Shown here: piece after piece, positions 1 to 9,774 of the stretch
Layout: each line of letters starts with the position of its first letter
Position numbering within the stretch: the stretch's first letter is position 1
From: an uncultured Dehalococcoidia bacterium
Lineage (GTDB): Bacteria; Chloroflexota; Dehalococcoidia; Lucifugimonadales; UBA1123
Direction of reading: 5' to 3'
Length of the DNA stretch: 64,000 nt
Assembly (NCBI GenBank): GCA_964640295.1
Contig: CAZXFX010000010.1
Span: 4,360 to 68,359 of the forward strand
Notes under the pieces: model-generated
What the model was told of the DNA's origin: nothing
Databases searched by the model: none
The model's input: only the letters and a program-made list of their open reading frames with translations
Made by a program: the position numbers and the translations under genes

Positions 1-571
1 CCTATACCTGAAAGGAAGCATACTCTGAGCGAATTCGATCTGGGAAGCAGTCAATCTCGTCTCGTTCGGCGTCGAACGAGAGCGAGACATACTGAGAACT
101 CCCCGCACTTCAGATGGATTGCTAAGGTTACTCAATGTACGCAAATAAACTTGGCGCTCAGGTTGACTGGCGCCCTTCCGACCCAAGAAACTGCGATTCC
201 AGCCCTTCTCTCGTCTCCAGCGCATAGATTCTCTGCCTTCAGGAGTAGAGTAGTCAAATTGTAGAATGACTTCTGGCCTCTCATCCTCGCGCGCGCCAGA
301 TCTTAGGGCGATAGTCGGGGAATAGCGTTGACGGAACGAAATCCTTTATTCCCGCTCCTGGAACTTTATACGCGCAAGCGGCGGCGAACAGAACCGTAGA
401 TTTGCCACTGGCGTTGCCGCCAGCTATGACACTCACAGGGTAATCGAACACTACTCGAAGGTTGTCAATTCCACGGATACCTTCAAGAAGAACTTCCGTA
501 AGAAAATGAGGCGTGTGAAGTTTCTTGGATTGCAGGTTTTCCCATAGCGATTCCAAGCGCCTACCCATCAT
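1..571 (-). pseudogene. P-loop (AAA/ABC-type) ATPase, apparently frameshifted, runs off the window start
   Basis: ORF 281..571 has an N-terminal Walker A (VIAGGNASGKSTVLF) and stops at 281. Another minus-strand frame stays open from ~300 to base 1 (...ERPEVILQFDYSTPEGRESMRWRREKGWNRSFLGRKGASQPERQVYLRTLSNLSNPSEV...). The frame switch sits at a (CG)4 run, 288-296. Confidence 0.5.
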
Positions 572-617
572 AGTTCTTCTCCAATGCTCTTCTCAGCGCA
601 TCCTCAAAGGAATAAGG

Positions 618-1568
618 CTATCCCGCCACGACCGCTTTTATCTCGGCGCGTTCCGACTCGGATAGCTGCCAGTCGGCGGCGGCTACATTCTCCTGGATTT
701 CTTCGGGCCTGCGCGTTCCGACGAGCGCCACCGAAACTGTCGGCTCAGACGCCACCCAAGCCAGCGCGAGTTGGGCGACCGAGAATCCTCTGTCAGCCGC
801 CATCTCCTTCAGTCTGTCCACCTTCTTCAGGTTGTCCAGAAAGTTCTGTCCCTGGAATATCGGCTGGCCGAACGCCATCAGGCTTCGCCGCCAGTCGTCT
901 TCCTCGAACGTGGTGTCCGGCGTCATCGCCCCGGTCAAGAGGCCGTGCGCGAGCGATCCGTAAGCCATTATGCCCATGCCGTTGTCGGCGCAGAACGGAA
1001 TTATCTCGGGCTCGGGCCTCTGGTCGAACAGGTGATAGCCGACCTGGTTGGTGATTATGGGGAATACGTCCAGGCACTCGGACATTTGCAGCGGGCTGAA
1101 ATTGCTCACTCCGCCGTATCGTATCTTGCCCTGTTTCTGAAACTCGGCGAACGCCTCCATCGGCTCCGACATTGGCCTGGACTCATCCGGCCAGTGAACG
1201 AGAAACAGGTCGAGGTAGTCTGTTTGCAGCCGCGCCAGGCTTTCGTTCAGGGATTTTTCGAGCGACTCGCGCGAGCTGTCTCTGCGTCTGCCGCCACCCT
1301 CTTCGTCCCACGGTATCCCCGCCTTGCTGACGAGTACGACTTGGTCGCGCCTGCCCTCCAGCGCCTGGCCCAGCAGCTTTTCACCCTCTCCCCATCCATA
1401 GACCGCCGCGGTGTCAAACAAAGTCACGCCAAGGTCAATCGAGGCGTGTATCGCTCGCACGACTTCGTTGTCGTCGAAAGAGCCGTAGTGCCCGCGTCCC
1501 ATAGGCCAGCCGCCGAACCCGATTACTGAGGTTTCGAGGTCAGAGTTTCCGAACTTCTTGTAGCGCAT
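618..1568 (-). CDS. aldo/keto reductase
   Basis: 316 aa. AKR-typical N-terminus (LETSVIGFGGW...FDTAAVYGWGEGEKLLG) and HWPD motif. The long plus-strand ORFs opposite are high-GC shadow ORFs. Confidence 0.85.
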   Translation of the reverse strand: MRYKKFGNSDLETSVIGFGGWPMGRGHYGSFDDNEVVRAIHASIDLGVTLFDTAAVYGWGEGEKLLGQALEGRRDQVVLVSKAGIPWDEEGGGRRRDSSRESLEKSLNESLARLQTDYLDLFLVHWPDESRPMSEPMEAFAEFQKQGKIRYGGVSNFSPLQMSECLDVFPIITNQVGYHLFDQRPEPEIIPFCADNGMGIMAYGSLAHGLLTGAMTPDTTFEEDDWRRSLMAFGQPIFQGQNFLDNLKKVDRLKEMAADRGFSVAQLALAWVASEPTVSVALVGTRRPEEIQENVAAADWQLSESERAEIKAVVAG

Positions 1569-1584
1569 CGCTGTCTCTCCTCGT

Positions 1585-2628
1585 TCAGTTCTGGTATATC
1601 TGCACTTTTACGGATCCGCTGTTCTTGTCGTAGGCAGTCTCGAACCCCTTCTGGATATCCTCCAGAGCGTACTTGTGGGTGACCATGCTCTCTATGGATG
1701 CCTTGCCTGAGTCCATCATGTCAATCGCCACTTCATAATCATGTCGCCCGTCGAGGACGTTATAGCACGATGAAAAGACGAATTTCTGTTCCTTGAGCAT
1801 CGGGGTCAGGAAATCGAACTCGAACGGGCGACGGAAGCCGCCGACTATGACGATTCTGCCCTGAACTCGCGTCACCTCCACCGCTTGATGCATGGTGGCG
1901 GACTGGTGGCCGCCCACAGTCTCGACCGTCATGTCGGAGCCGCGTCCGTCGGTGGCCTCGGCGATGGCCTCCCAGAGTTCGGGGCCGGCGTCTGAGTAAA
2001 CTTCATCGGCCCCGACCAGTTTGGCCATAATCGCCTGCTGTTCATATCTTGCGGAGGCGATGACCTTGCCCGCGCCCAGAGCCTTGGCGGCGGCGATGGC
2101 AGTCAGTCCAATGTTGCCCGACCCAAGAACCGTGACCACTTCGCCTCCCCTGAGGTCACCCAGTCTTACGCCGTGGACCGATACGGCGAGCGGTTCGACC
2201 AGAGCCGCGGCTTCCCATGACATAGAATCCGGCACCGGGTAGCAGCCAATGGCTTTCCGCTTCATGTACTCGGCGAATCCGCCGCCCTCGGACGGGGCCA
2301 TATTCAGGCAGGCCCTGAACTGCCCCTGCCGGCAGTACCAGCAAGCGGAGCAGGCGCGTCCATGGCCAATGATCTCCACGGCGACTCGTTTGCCGAGCAG
2401 GTCGGGGGCGACTCCGGCGCCGATCTCCACGACTTCGCCGGCGACCTCGTGTCCCGCCGGAAGCTGGTCAGGCTCGGTCTTGTCCACATTCATCTGCAAG
2501 TCGGAACCGCATATTCCGACGGACCTGACACGCAGAACCATGTCGCCGGGCCCCGCCTCGGGTTTGGGTATCTCTCTAACTTCCATTCGGCCTTCGCCGT
2601 CGAAGAGTGCCGCTTTCATCATCGCCAT
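1585..2628 (-). CDS. zinc-dependent alcohol dehydrogenase (MDR family, threonine/sorbitol dehydrogenase-like)
   Basis: 347 aa. Motifs: ICGSD, GHEVAGEVVEIG, structural-Zn Cys cluster CSACWYCRQG, Rossmann VLGSGNIGL. Confidence 0.85.
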   Translation of the reverse strand: MAMMKAALFDGEGRMEVREIPKPEAGPGDMVLRVRSVGICGSDLQMNVDKTEPDQLPAGHEVAGEVVEIGAGVAPDLLGKRVAVEIIGHGRACSACWYCRQGQFRACLNMAPSEGGGFAEYMKRKAIGCYPVPDSMSWEAAALVEPLAVSVHGVRLGDLRGGEVVTVLGSGNIGLTAIAAAKALGAGKVIASARYEQQAIMAKLVGADEVYSDAGPELWEAIAEATDGRGSDMTVETVGGHQSATMHQAVEVTRVQGRIVIVGGFRRPFEFDFLTPMLKEQKFVFSSCYNVLDGRHDYEVAIDMMDSGKASIESMVTHKYALEDIQKGFETAYDKNSGSVKVQIYQN

Positions 2629-2659
2629 TTTCGCGCTCCTATTCGTTCAATGCGGCTTA

Positions 2660-3403
2660 TTATTGCGATTCCAAGTACGATCTGGCTCCGCTCAAGATGA
2701 TTTCGGGCAAGCCTACGGCGCTGGATATGTCGTATGACATCTTGCGGCCCGCCGCGTGTATTCGATCAGCGACGCTGGCCTCGGCGGCTTTGACGTCGGG
2801 GTGGTCGGGCTGGCCCGGCAACCCCATGGACTGGGCGAGGTCGTTGGATCCCCAGGCAAAGGCGTCAATGCCTTCCACCTCGAGAATCGCGTCGAGATTC
2901 TCGAACGCGGTCGCCGTCTCAAGCTGCGCCATGACAAGCATCTCTTTGTTGGCGGCTTCCATGTATTCAGTGCGCTTGAGGCCGGGTTGACCAAGCAGCC
3001 CGCCGTCGTTGTAGAATGTGCCGCGACCGCCTCCCCAGCTACGCTGTCCTTCCGGGACGAAGCGGCAGGCGTCCACAAGTTGCTTTGCCTGTTCGGCGGT
3101 GTCAACGTGGGGGCCGAGCACTCCGATCACTCCCCTGTCGAGGAACTGGTTGATGGTGGACGATTGCAGATTCGGAACGCGCGCGGTAACGGTTAGGCCG
3201 TAGCCGTCGGCCACCCTTACCATCGCGTCAATGGATTCGGGGGAGAAGAGGCCGTGCTCTCCGTCCAGATTGATGTAATCGAAGCCGCCCAGCATCCCAA
3301 CCAGTTCAACAGCCTCCGCGCTCGGGAAAACAAGACCTAGTCCGAGTCCTACTTTGCCTTCCCTGTTATTGGCGAATATATTGTTCTTTCGCAATGTTAC
3401 CAT
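2660..3403 (-). CDS. HpcH/HpaI family aldolase
   Basis: 247 aa with family-like segments (FDYINLDGEHG, AQLETATAFENLDAI, GSNDLAQSMG). Paralogue of 59376..60134. Confidence 0.75.
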   Translation of the reverse strand: MVTLRKNNIFANNREGKVGLGLGLVFPSAEAVELVGMLGGFDYINLDGEHGLFSPESIDAMVRVADGYGLTVTARVPNLQSSTINQFLDRGVIGVLGPHVDTAEQAKQLVDACRFVPEGQRSWGGGRGTFYNDGGLLGQPGLKRTEYMEAANKEMLVMAQLETATAFENLDAILEVEGIDAFAWGSNDLAQSMGLPGQPDHPDVKAAEASVADRIHAAGRKMSYDISSAVGLPEIILSGARSYLESQ

Positions 3404-3495
3404 GTGTTTTACCTCTATTTTGTGTGTTAGTTCAGTATATTATCGTCGTATAAAGCTAATTCTGGGTTTAGCGCGCCGTTGGATGGGCCTGACTA

Positions 3496-4179
3496 TCAGA
3501 CGCGCAGTGGCGGCATGACGTCGCGCAGCCAAAGCGCGAGGTCGGCTATGACTTCCTGGTTTATCTCGTGCGCCATATCGTATTCGCGATACCGAGGGGA
3601 GTAACCATGACCGACGAGAAAGTCTCTGGACTCGCGCGCGTCGGTCACCCCTATCATGGCGTCCTGGGTCCCGTGCGCGACGAAGATGGGCTGGTCGCGA
3701 TGGTCGGGCAGATTGTGGGCAAGGATATCGGGAGACGGGACTCGTCCGCTCAGTATGACAAGCCCGGCGAACATCTCCGGCCTGCGAAGTCCGAAGCGAT
3801 AGGTCATCATGCCGCCCTGTGAGAAGCCGCCCATGACTATATCGCCTTCAGTTAGGCTATGCCGTTCCATAGCCTCATCGAAGAAGCCCGCGAGAAGTTC
3901 TTCGGCGCGGATCGCGGCGTCCTCATCGCCGGGCTGTCCGGGTGGAGTCCAGGCGTATCCGGTCATTCCCATTCCCATCTGCATGCGGATGGGAGCGTTG
4001 GGGAACAGATACACATAGCCGCTCCGTTCGATGGCTGGAGCCAGACCGACCAGATCGCTCATGCTGGCGCCGAATCCGTGCAGCAGAACTATTGCCGGGC
4101 ATTCCTGGCTCTCATCGTAGTCGTCCGGCTCCACCAGAACGTAAGCCAACGAATTGCCTTCTATTTCTCGCGCTCGCAA
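3496..4179 (-). CDS. alpha/beta hydrolase (phospholipase/carboxylesterase family)
   Basis: 227 aa. LLHGFGAS and nucleophile elbow GFSQGG; C-terminal His region. Confidence 0.8.
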   Translation of the reverse strand: MRAREIEGNSLAYVLVEPDDYDESQECPAIVLLHGFGASMSDLVGLAPAIERSGYVYLFPNAPIRMQMGMGMTGYAWTPPGQPGDEDAAIRAEELLAGFFDEAMERHSLTEGDIVMGGFSQGGMMTYRFGLRRPEMFAGLVILSGRVPSPDILAHNLPDHRDQPIFVAHGTQDAMIGVTDARESRDFLVGHGYSPRYREYDMAHEINQEVIADLALWLRDVMPPLRV

Positions 4180-4294
4180 ATTAGCCCCCTCTTTGAATCG
4201 TCGGCCATAGGTTAATGCCCGCGTTTAGCTTTGGCAATAGGAATGTCTGAAGCTAAACCGTCAGAGTCTATATCAGTCCAAGAATACGCTCCTG

Positions 4295-4759
4295 TTAATC
4301 GCATGGCGAATACATCCTTGTTTTCACAGAGGCAGTCTTCAAAACAGTCTGAGTAACCATCCTAAGAGCGTCTACAAGAGTCATGCCTTCTCTGGGCGGA
4401 TCTCCCAAGACAAGAGTATATCTGCCAACTTGTTCAGCATAGACTCTACCCTGAATCGGAGAGTTTATTGGGCTGAGCACAACCTCACGGACTCTCTCGC
4501 CTGTAGGAAGAGCTATGTAGCTGAACAGTTCCGAAGGGTTTTCCTCGTCATCCTGCTTTAGATCGACCTCATACTCTAAACACCACTGGCCCTGAGACAA
4601 TTCAGATGACGATACTTCATAGTACACGTACCGAATATCGTTCGCTTCAAACTCAAGAGTGTCGTATCTGAACGGAGGTGGTTCAGGCGATTCAGTTTGA
4701 ATTTCACACCCGATAGCCACAATGAATAAGACGACGGCATACAGCTTAATTGAACACAC
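4295..4759 (-). CDS. putative lipoprotein, unknown function
   Basis: 154 aa, GTG start. Hydrophobic signal ending in a lipobox-like VAIGC. Lies in an AT-richer segment. Confidence 0.45.
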   Translation of the reverse strand: MCSIKLYAVVLFIVAIGCEIQTESPEPPPFRYDTLEFEANDIRYVYYEVSSSELSQGQWCLEYEVDLKQDDEENPSELFSYIALPTGERVREVVLSPINSPIQGRVYAEQVGRYTLVLGDPPREGMTLVDALRMVTQTVLKTASVKTRMYSPCD

Positions 4760-4894
4760 GCGTTACCCCTGGCAGTGTTCTATCGTATATCATTTCAGCC
4801 TGATTACGCTATGAAATCCTCAGCAGGTTGCATTATCGCCATTTCTAGCGACAGCGGCAATATATAGAGCACGGCCCTTGACAATGTGACTGGA

Positions 4895-5215
4895 TTATTC
4901 GGAATTGGTATTATTGTCTAACTCACCAAGAAGGTCGGAGACTATTTTCTCAATAGATCCTTCCGGGTATTCTGGAGCCTGGTTTCTCTCTTGTCTGGCA
5001 GCCATCTCTTCTTTGATTATCTCCCGAATACTATCTTCGAATTCCTGTAGTTCCTCTTCGATCTGGGGTACCTTCTCGACCCCTTCTTCTGGGGACATGT
5101 CCGGATTACGCTCAGCAAGGTGAGCCATTCTCGATACAATGAACCCTATCTCCGCATTGTGCAGTTCGCACAGAGCCGCTATCAGTCTCTCGTTTGCATC
5201 GTCAACTGAGATCAT
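4895..5215 (-). CDS. hypothetical acidic helical protein
   Basis: 106 aa, Glu-rich, no recognisable motif. Clean ORF in the AT-rich segment. Confidence 0.4.
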   Translation of the reverse strand: MISVDDANERLIAALCELHNAEIGFIVSRMAHLAERNPDMSPEEGVEKVPQIEEELQEFEDSIREIIKEEMAARQERNQAPEYPEGSIEKIVSDLLGELDNNTNSE

Positions 5216-5443
5216 AAGTCTTCCTCGCTATTGGGACTGTCCTTGTATTTGAGTGGATGTCCATGTCTGGTTTGTTGGGGTCTTGATCAAATAGGGTAAA
5301 CAGGTTGATAATGAGACTGAATAATCTGTTAGAGCAGGCAGATACGCCATTGCGGCCCTCCTATGAGCGTTGTTTTAAGAGAAGAACCGTCTCTGTCCGA
5401 TTGTGTCAAATCATTTATGCACATCCCTCACTTGGATGTAGAA

Positions 5444-5737
5444 CTAATATCGATTTCTGTCAATACGCTCAATTAATCTTTGGCAGTGATGATTATCATG
5501 ATGTCGTTCAAGCCCCAATTCCGCAACCCGCTGCGCATTATGCTCGTCGGCAAGATTCATATAAAGCCAAGCTATACGCCGCAGTTCTCGCAGAAATGGA
5601 AATCCACCAATCCTACCCAACACAAACAGGACCGCGCTATCCTGAAACGGTGTAAACGCTTGGCGCGCTGGATCAACAGACTGGCCTGTGGCGCGCCGCG
5701 TCCAGGTTGATCGAGCGAGAGAACGATCATCAGTCAA
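5444..5737 (-). CDS. hypothetical protein (coding status uncertain)
   Basis: 97-aa ORF overlapped by an equally long plus-strand ORF (5305..5655). The C-terminal half looks helical (RIAWLYMNLADEHNAQRVAELGLERH). No motif recognised. Confidence 0.25.
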   Translation of the reverse strand: MTDDRSLARSTWTRRATGQSVDPARQAFTPFQDSAVLFVLGRIGGFPFLRELRRIAWLYMNLADEHNAQRVAELGLERHHDNHHCQRLIERIDRNRY

Positions 5738-5831
5738 CCATGTCGCCGATTAGCCTGACACGGCCCCGGACGTGTATGGCGTTGATACGAGCCTCAGGTA
5801 TGCGACGGGCGTCCAAGCGCGCGGGAAATTC

Positions 5832-6182
5832 TTACGCGATCTCTTCGTATATCTCCGTTTCATGCGTGGACGCCAGCGCGGGGTAGATTCTCTCGAAGAT
5901 CTCGGTTATCGAGCGTGTGGCGCGCACCTCATTGCGCGAAGCGTCGTAGGAGGCTACTGAATCCCAGCGCTGAACCGTGACCATCGTCCCGTGGGGTCCG
6001 AGTACCTTTCGATACACGCTCAGGGGTGGAAAGCCGGCCTCGGCGGTAGCTTTCTGAAGCTCTCTCAGGTTTTGCAGAAGTCCTCCGCCACCGGGTTTTG
6101 GAGTATAGGTTCGTCTAACGATAATCAAGAGTGTCTCCTTAGTCGTCTGATGCTCTTTAGCGAGGAATATATGGGGACTCAA
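5832..6182 (-). CDS. small ferredoxin-like (NIPSNAP/ABM-like) protein
   Basis: 116 aa. Its beta-alpha-beta pattern and size resemble dimeric alpha/beta-barrel proteins. This is only a weak family impression. Confidence 0.4.
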   Translation of the reverse strand: MSPHIFLAKEHQTTKETLLIIVRRTYTPKPGGGGLLQNLRELQKATAEAGFPPLSVYRKVLGPHGTMVTVQRWDSVASYDASRNEVRATRSITEIFERIYPALASTHETEIYEEIA

Positions 6183-6186
6183 AACT

Positions 6187-7599
6187 TTAGCACACCGGCC
6201 TCTGAACGACTTCCTCGTTCACCGTCCGCGACAGCAACTTGCCGTCGTTGGGGGAGCCAGTGAAAGAGCGTCCGTCAACCATGACCTTGCCTCTGAGCAG
6301 CACAGTCTCCGGCCACCCGTGGACAGGCCAGCCTTCCCAGATGGAGTAGTCTTCCAGATGCAGATCGTCAAGCGTCAGTTCGCGCTCGAAATTCGGGTCC
6401 AGAACGCAGATGTCGGCGTCCGAGCCGGGAGCTATCGCTCCCTTCTTCGGATACATCCCAAATATCTTGGCGGCGTTGGCCGAAGTTATATCCACGAAGC
6501 GCTGAAGGCTCATGCCGAGTTGAACGACACCCACCGAGTAGGCGATTCCCATCCTGGTCTCGATGCCGTTGTGTCCGCCAGTGACGTCCGCGACGGTCTT
6601 GAAGCGTATCTTCTCCTCCCAGGTGGTGGACACAAGATCAGTAGCCACCGTGGATAATCGCCCGTCCAAGAGACCCTGCCAGAGCGACGAGCGGTCCAAC
6701 TCCGACTTGAGCGACGGGTATGTGTGGTACTTCATGCCGTTATTCTCGCGGTAGTTCTCGGCGTTGAAACAGGCGTAGTTGTGCAATGTCTCGCCATAGA
6801 TGGGTCTGCCAAGCGCGCGCGCCTGCCCCACCGCCTCGACGCCCTCGTCCGCGCTCACATGCACGAAGTAGATAGCGCACCCCGTCTTGCTCGCCAGCCT
6901 GAGCACCCGCCTAAATGACACATCTTCGGACAGGTTGCTGTGGATATCGTGCATGTGCCACCAGTCCCACTTGCCGTCTTCCTGGGCGTTGGCGTAGTTG
7001 TAGTGCACCATGTCGTCATCTTCGGAGTGAACGAGCAGAATGCCGCCCGCCTCATTGACCTTCTCCATGATCAGAGCCAACCGACCAAAGTCCGTCTTGT
7101 TATTCTGCATCTGCGGACTGGGAGGGCGTATCGAGGTGGTGAATACCTTGAAACTGGGAAAGCCTTCTTCCACCAGTTCCGGTATCTGGCCGATTGACTC
7201 GCGCGACGCGCCGTTCGTGAAAATCGGGTGGTAAGAGTAGTCCGTGTAGGCGTTGCCCTCCCAGCGTTCGGCTGCCTCGCCAAGGGCGTGGCGCAGATCG
7301 TGGCCCGGCACCTGAGTGGCAAAGTCCAGCACAGTGGTCGTTCCGCCCCAGACGGCGGCTTTCGACACAGGCTCGGCTCCGGACCGCTCAGGTTGTCGCG
7401 GTCCGCCGATGTGCGCGTGCGGCTCCACTCCGCCGGGCGCGACTATCTTTCCGGAAGCGTCAATCACCCGCGCGTTCCCATAATCCATGCTGTCCGGAGC
7501 CGCCACGGCAGATATGTTTTCTCCGGTTATGAACACGTCCAGATTCTCCACTCCGGACGGGGTCACCGTCAATCCTCCGCTTATCACTATATCCGCCAT
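6187..7599 (-). CDS. dihydropyrimidinase / D-hydantoinase (cyclic amidohydrolase)
   Basis: Metal-binding GGVEPHAHIG near the N-terminus, about 470 aa. I chose the internal ATG at 7599 because a GGAGG (complement of 7606-7610) precedes it; the ORF track extends to 7668. Confidence 0.85.
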   Translation of the reverse strand: MADIVISGGLTVTPSGVENLDVFITGENISAVAAPDSMDYGNARVIDASGKIVAPGGVEPHAHIGGPRQPERSGAEPVSKAAVWGGTTTVLDFATQVPGHDLRHALGEAAERWEGNAYTDYSYHPIFTNGASRESIGQIPELVEEGFPSFKVFTTSIRPPSPQMQNNKTDFGRLALIMEKVNEAGGILLVHSEDDDMVHYNYANAQEDGKWDWWHMHDIHSNLSEDVSFRRVLRLASKTGCAIYFVHVSADEGVEAVGQARALGRPIYGETLHNYACFNAENYRENNGMKYHTYPSLKSELDRSSLWQGLLDGRLSTVATDLVSTTWEEKIRFKTVADVTGGHNGIETRMGIAYSVGVVQLGMSLQRFVDITSANAAKIFGMYPKKGAIAPGSDADICVLDPNFERELTLDDLHLEDYSIWEGWPVHGWPETVLLRGKVMVDGRSFTGSPNDGKLLSRTVNEEVVQRPVC

Positions 7600-7609
7600 G
7601 ATTGGCCTC

Positions 7610-8674
7610 CTATCGCAGCGCGGCGACAACTGCGTCGCCCACGTCCTCTGTGCTAGATGTCCCGCCAATATCCGGGGTAAGCGTCTCTCCCAGCGCGACC
7701 ACGCTGAGCGAAGCGTTTTCTACTGACTCCGCCGCGGCTTCCTCTCCCAAATGTCGCAGCATCATCGCGCCCGACAAGATAGTCGCAAGTGGATTCGCTA
7801 TCCCCCTACCCGATATGTCAGGCGCCGATCCATGCACCGGCTCGAACATGGACGGATACCGTCGCTCTGGGTCTATATTGCCGCTCGGCGCCAAACCCAT
7901 GCTGCCCGTGATGATAGCGCCGATGTCCGTCAGTATGTCTCCAAACAGATTGCTTCCCACCACCACGTCAAACGTTTCCGGCCTGCGAATGAAGTCCATG
8001 CAGGCCGCGTCAATCAGAAGCGAGTCGGTCTCGATATCGGGATATTCCTCGGCGACCCGCTCGAAAGCCCTGTCCCACACAAGCATTCCGTATCCGAGCG
8101 CGTTCGATTTGGTGATGGACGTAACGCGCTTGGCCTTGTCGCGCCTGCGCGCCACTTCGAAAGCGTGCCGGATGATACGCTCGCAGCCCTTGCGAGTGAA
8201 AACCGCCGACTGTATTCCAAGCTCTTCTGGAAAATCCGGATAGACGAACCCGCCAACATCTGCGTACTCGCCCTCCGTATTCTCCCTGACGACCACCATG
8301 TCAATATCGCCGGGTCCGTACCCTTCCAGAGGGGACGTTATGCCCTCATACAAGGCGCTTGGACGCTCGCACACGTACTGATCGAACGACCTGCGTATAG
8401 GCAGCAGCAGCCCGCCCAGCGTGACGTGATCCTGTATGTCCGGGTGCCCGACCGCGCCCAGGAATATGGCGTCGGACTCGCTCAGCGTGTCGAGCCCGTC
8501 CGACGGCATGACCGTCCCATTCTCCATATAGTATTCGCTGCCCCAGGGGCGCTCCACCCAATTCCACGCGATTCCGTACTCTTCGCCCACGGCGTTCAGA
8601 ACCTTGACACCCTCTTCTATGACCTCCACCCCGATCCCGTCTCCCCTGATAACCGAAATCTTGTATTCCGACAT
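7610..8674 (-). CDS. isocitrate/isopropylmalate dehydrogenase family enzyme (tartrate dehydrogenase-like)
   Basis: N-terminus ISVIRGDGIGVEV; NLFGDILTD and GSAPDI motifs. Start taken at ATG 8674 (MSEYKISV...). Confidence 0.8.
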   Translation of the reverse strand: MSEYKISVIRGDGIGVEVIEEGVKVLNAVGEEYGIAWNWVERPWGSEYYMENGTVMPSDGLDTLSESDAIFLGAVGHPDIQDHVTLGGLLLPIRRSFDQYVCERPSALYEGITSPLEGYGPGDIDMVVVRENTEGEYADVGGFVYPDFPEELGIQSAVFTRKGCERIIRHAFEVARRRDKAKRVTSITKSNALGYGMLVWDRAFERVAEEYPDIETDSLLIDAACMDFIRRPETFDVVVGSNLFGDILTDIGAIITGSMGLAPSGNIDPERRYPSMFEPVHGSAPDISGRGIANPLATILSGAMMLRHLGEEAAAESVENASLSVVALGETLTPDIGGTSSTEDVGDAVVAALR

Positions 8675-8812
8675 TGGATTCACTCCAGCTAGTATCGCGT
8701 CTTTTCTCGCGCTGCTATTGTAAGACTCGCAACGCGGGATTGCATCTCGCATACTTGTGCTACAATTCTCGCTAAACTTGAATACCTAATCGCCAAACGC
8801 TAGGAAAGCGCA

Positions 8813-9757
8813 GTGAACCCATTCATAGAAGCTCTGACCAATCCACTGGGAAAAGGCATACAGGAACTTGAAATCTACTTCGCAGACCGACCTGACATTC
8901 GTTCTGAACTCAGAGCCCTGCGAGAGTCGCTACATTCGCCGTGGCGCGATTACGACGCTCAGGTCGCTCACGTTAGCAAAGATGACCCGGAAGACGCCCT
9001 GAGAATCGCGCTGTCCCTCCGCGCCTCCGCGGAGACTCTCGCAGAGGACATCGCTCAGCGGGCTCGCCCCATACTTGCCTGCGCCGAACAGGCGATAGCC
9101 GCCGACATACGCGCCACGATGGCTCCAAGTCTCGATGGAATATACATCATCGTTGACCCGGAGGCTACGCGCGGGCGTCCCGTAACCGACGTGGCGCGGC
9201 AGTCTCTGGAAGGCGGAGCGCGAGTCGTCCAGCTAAGGGACAAGCTCAATGACAAGGGGGATATGCTGAGGTCCGCCCGAGATCTGAAATCCATCTGCGA
9301 CGAATACGACGCTCTTTTCGTGATGAACGACCACGCGGATCTGGCCCGCGCCGCCGAAGCCCACGTATTGCACGTTGGGCAGACCGACCTTCCCGTTCCA
9401 GCGGCGCGCGACATACTCACTCCCACCCAGCTAATCGGCAACTCCAACAACGGACTGCCCGAAGCCGCCGAGTCCGCCAAGTTAGGGGTGGACTATCTGG
9501 CTGTTGGCGCGATCTACGCCACCGCGACTATGGGCAAGTCGGGCCGAAACGCGCTGGGTCCAGAGGAGATTACTCGCGTCAAGGAAGCGATTTCGCAACC
9601 CATAGTCGCCATTGGCGGCATAAACAAGACGAACATCGCCGACGTGGCAAAGGCGGGCGCGGACTCTGTTTGCGTCGTCAGCGCGATCACCTTCGCCAAC
9701 GATCCGGAAGCGGCCACTCGTGAACTGGTTCAACTATATGAAAACGCAAAAAGTTGA
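8813..9757 (+). CDS. thiE: thiamine-phosphate synthase with ~100-aa N-terminal extension
   Basis: C-terminal ~210 aa is ThiE-like (IYIIVDPE..., VVQLRDK, HVGQTDLP, AIGGI). GTG start. Confidence 0.8.
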   Translation: MNPFIEALTNPLGKGIQELEIYFADRPDIRSELRALRESLHSPWRDYDAQVAHVSKDDPEDALRIALSLRASAETLAEDIAQRARPILACAEQAIAADIRATMAPSLDGIYIIVDPEATRGRPVTDVARQSLEGGARVVQLRDKLNDKGDMLRSARDLKSICDEYDALFVMNDHADLARAAEAHVLHVGQTDLPVPAARDILTPTQLIGNSNNGLPEAAESAKLGVDYLAVGAIYATATMGKSGRNALGPEEITRVKEAISQPIVAIGGINKTNIADVAKAGADSVCVVSAITFANDPEAATRELVQLYENAKS

Positions 9758-9774
9758 TTTTCGGAACTAAATAT

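Noticed and set aside
584-1529. Long ORFs antisense to, or out of frame with, recognised genes. Examples: 584..1054, 771..1529, 8813-region shadows, 12003..13238 (411 aa), 13317..13973, 20549..21574, 26627..27430, 53441..54253, 55509..56294.
   Set aside because: They overlap genes that have clear family motifs on the other strand or frame. They show the Arg/Ala/Pro/Gly-rich composition typical of shadow ORFs in high-GC DNA, and they have no motifs.
8813-9140. ~100-aa N-terminal extension on ThiE, as a possible novel fusion.
   Set aside because: As far as I recall, extended ThiE proteins with an extra N-terminal domain occur in several bacterial lineages. Nothing in the sequence suggests an unusual function.
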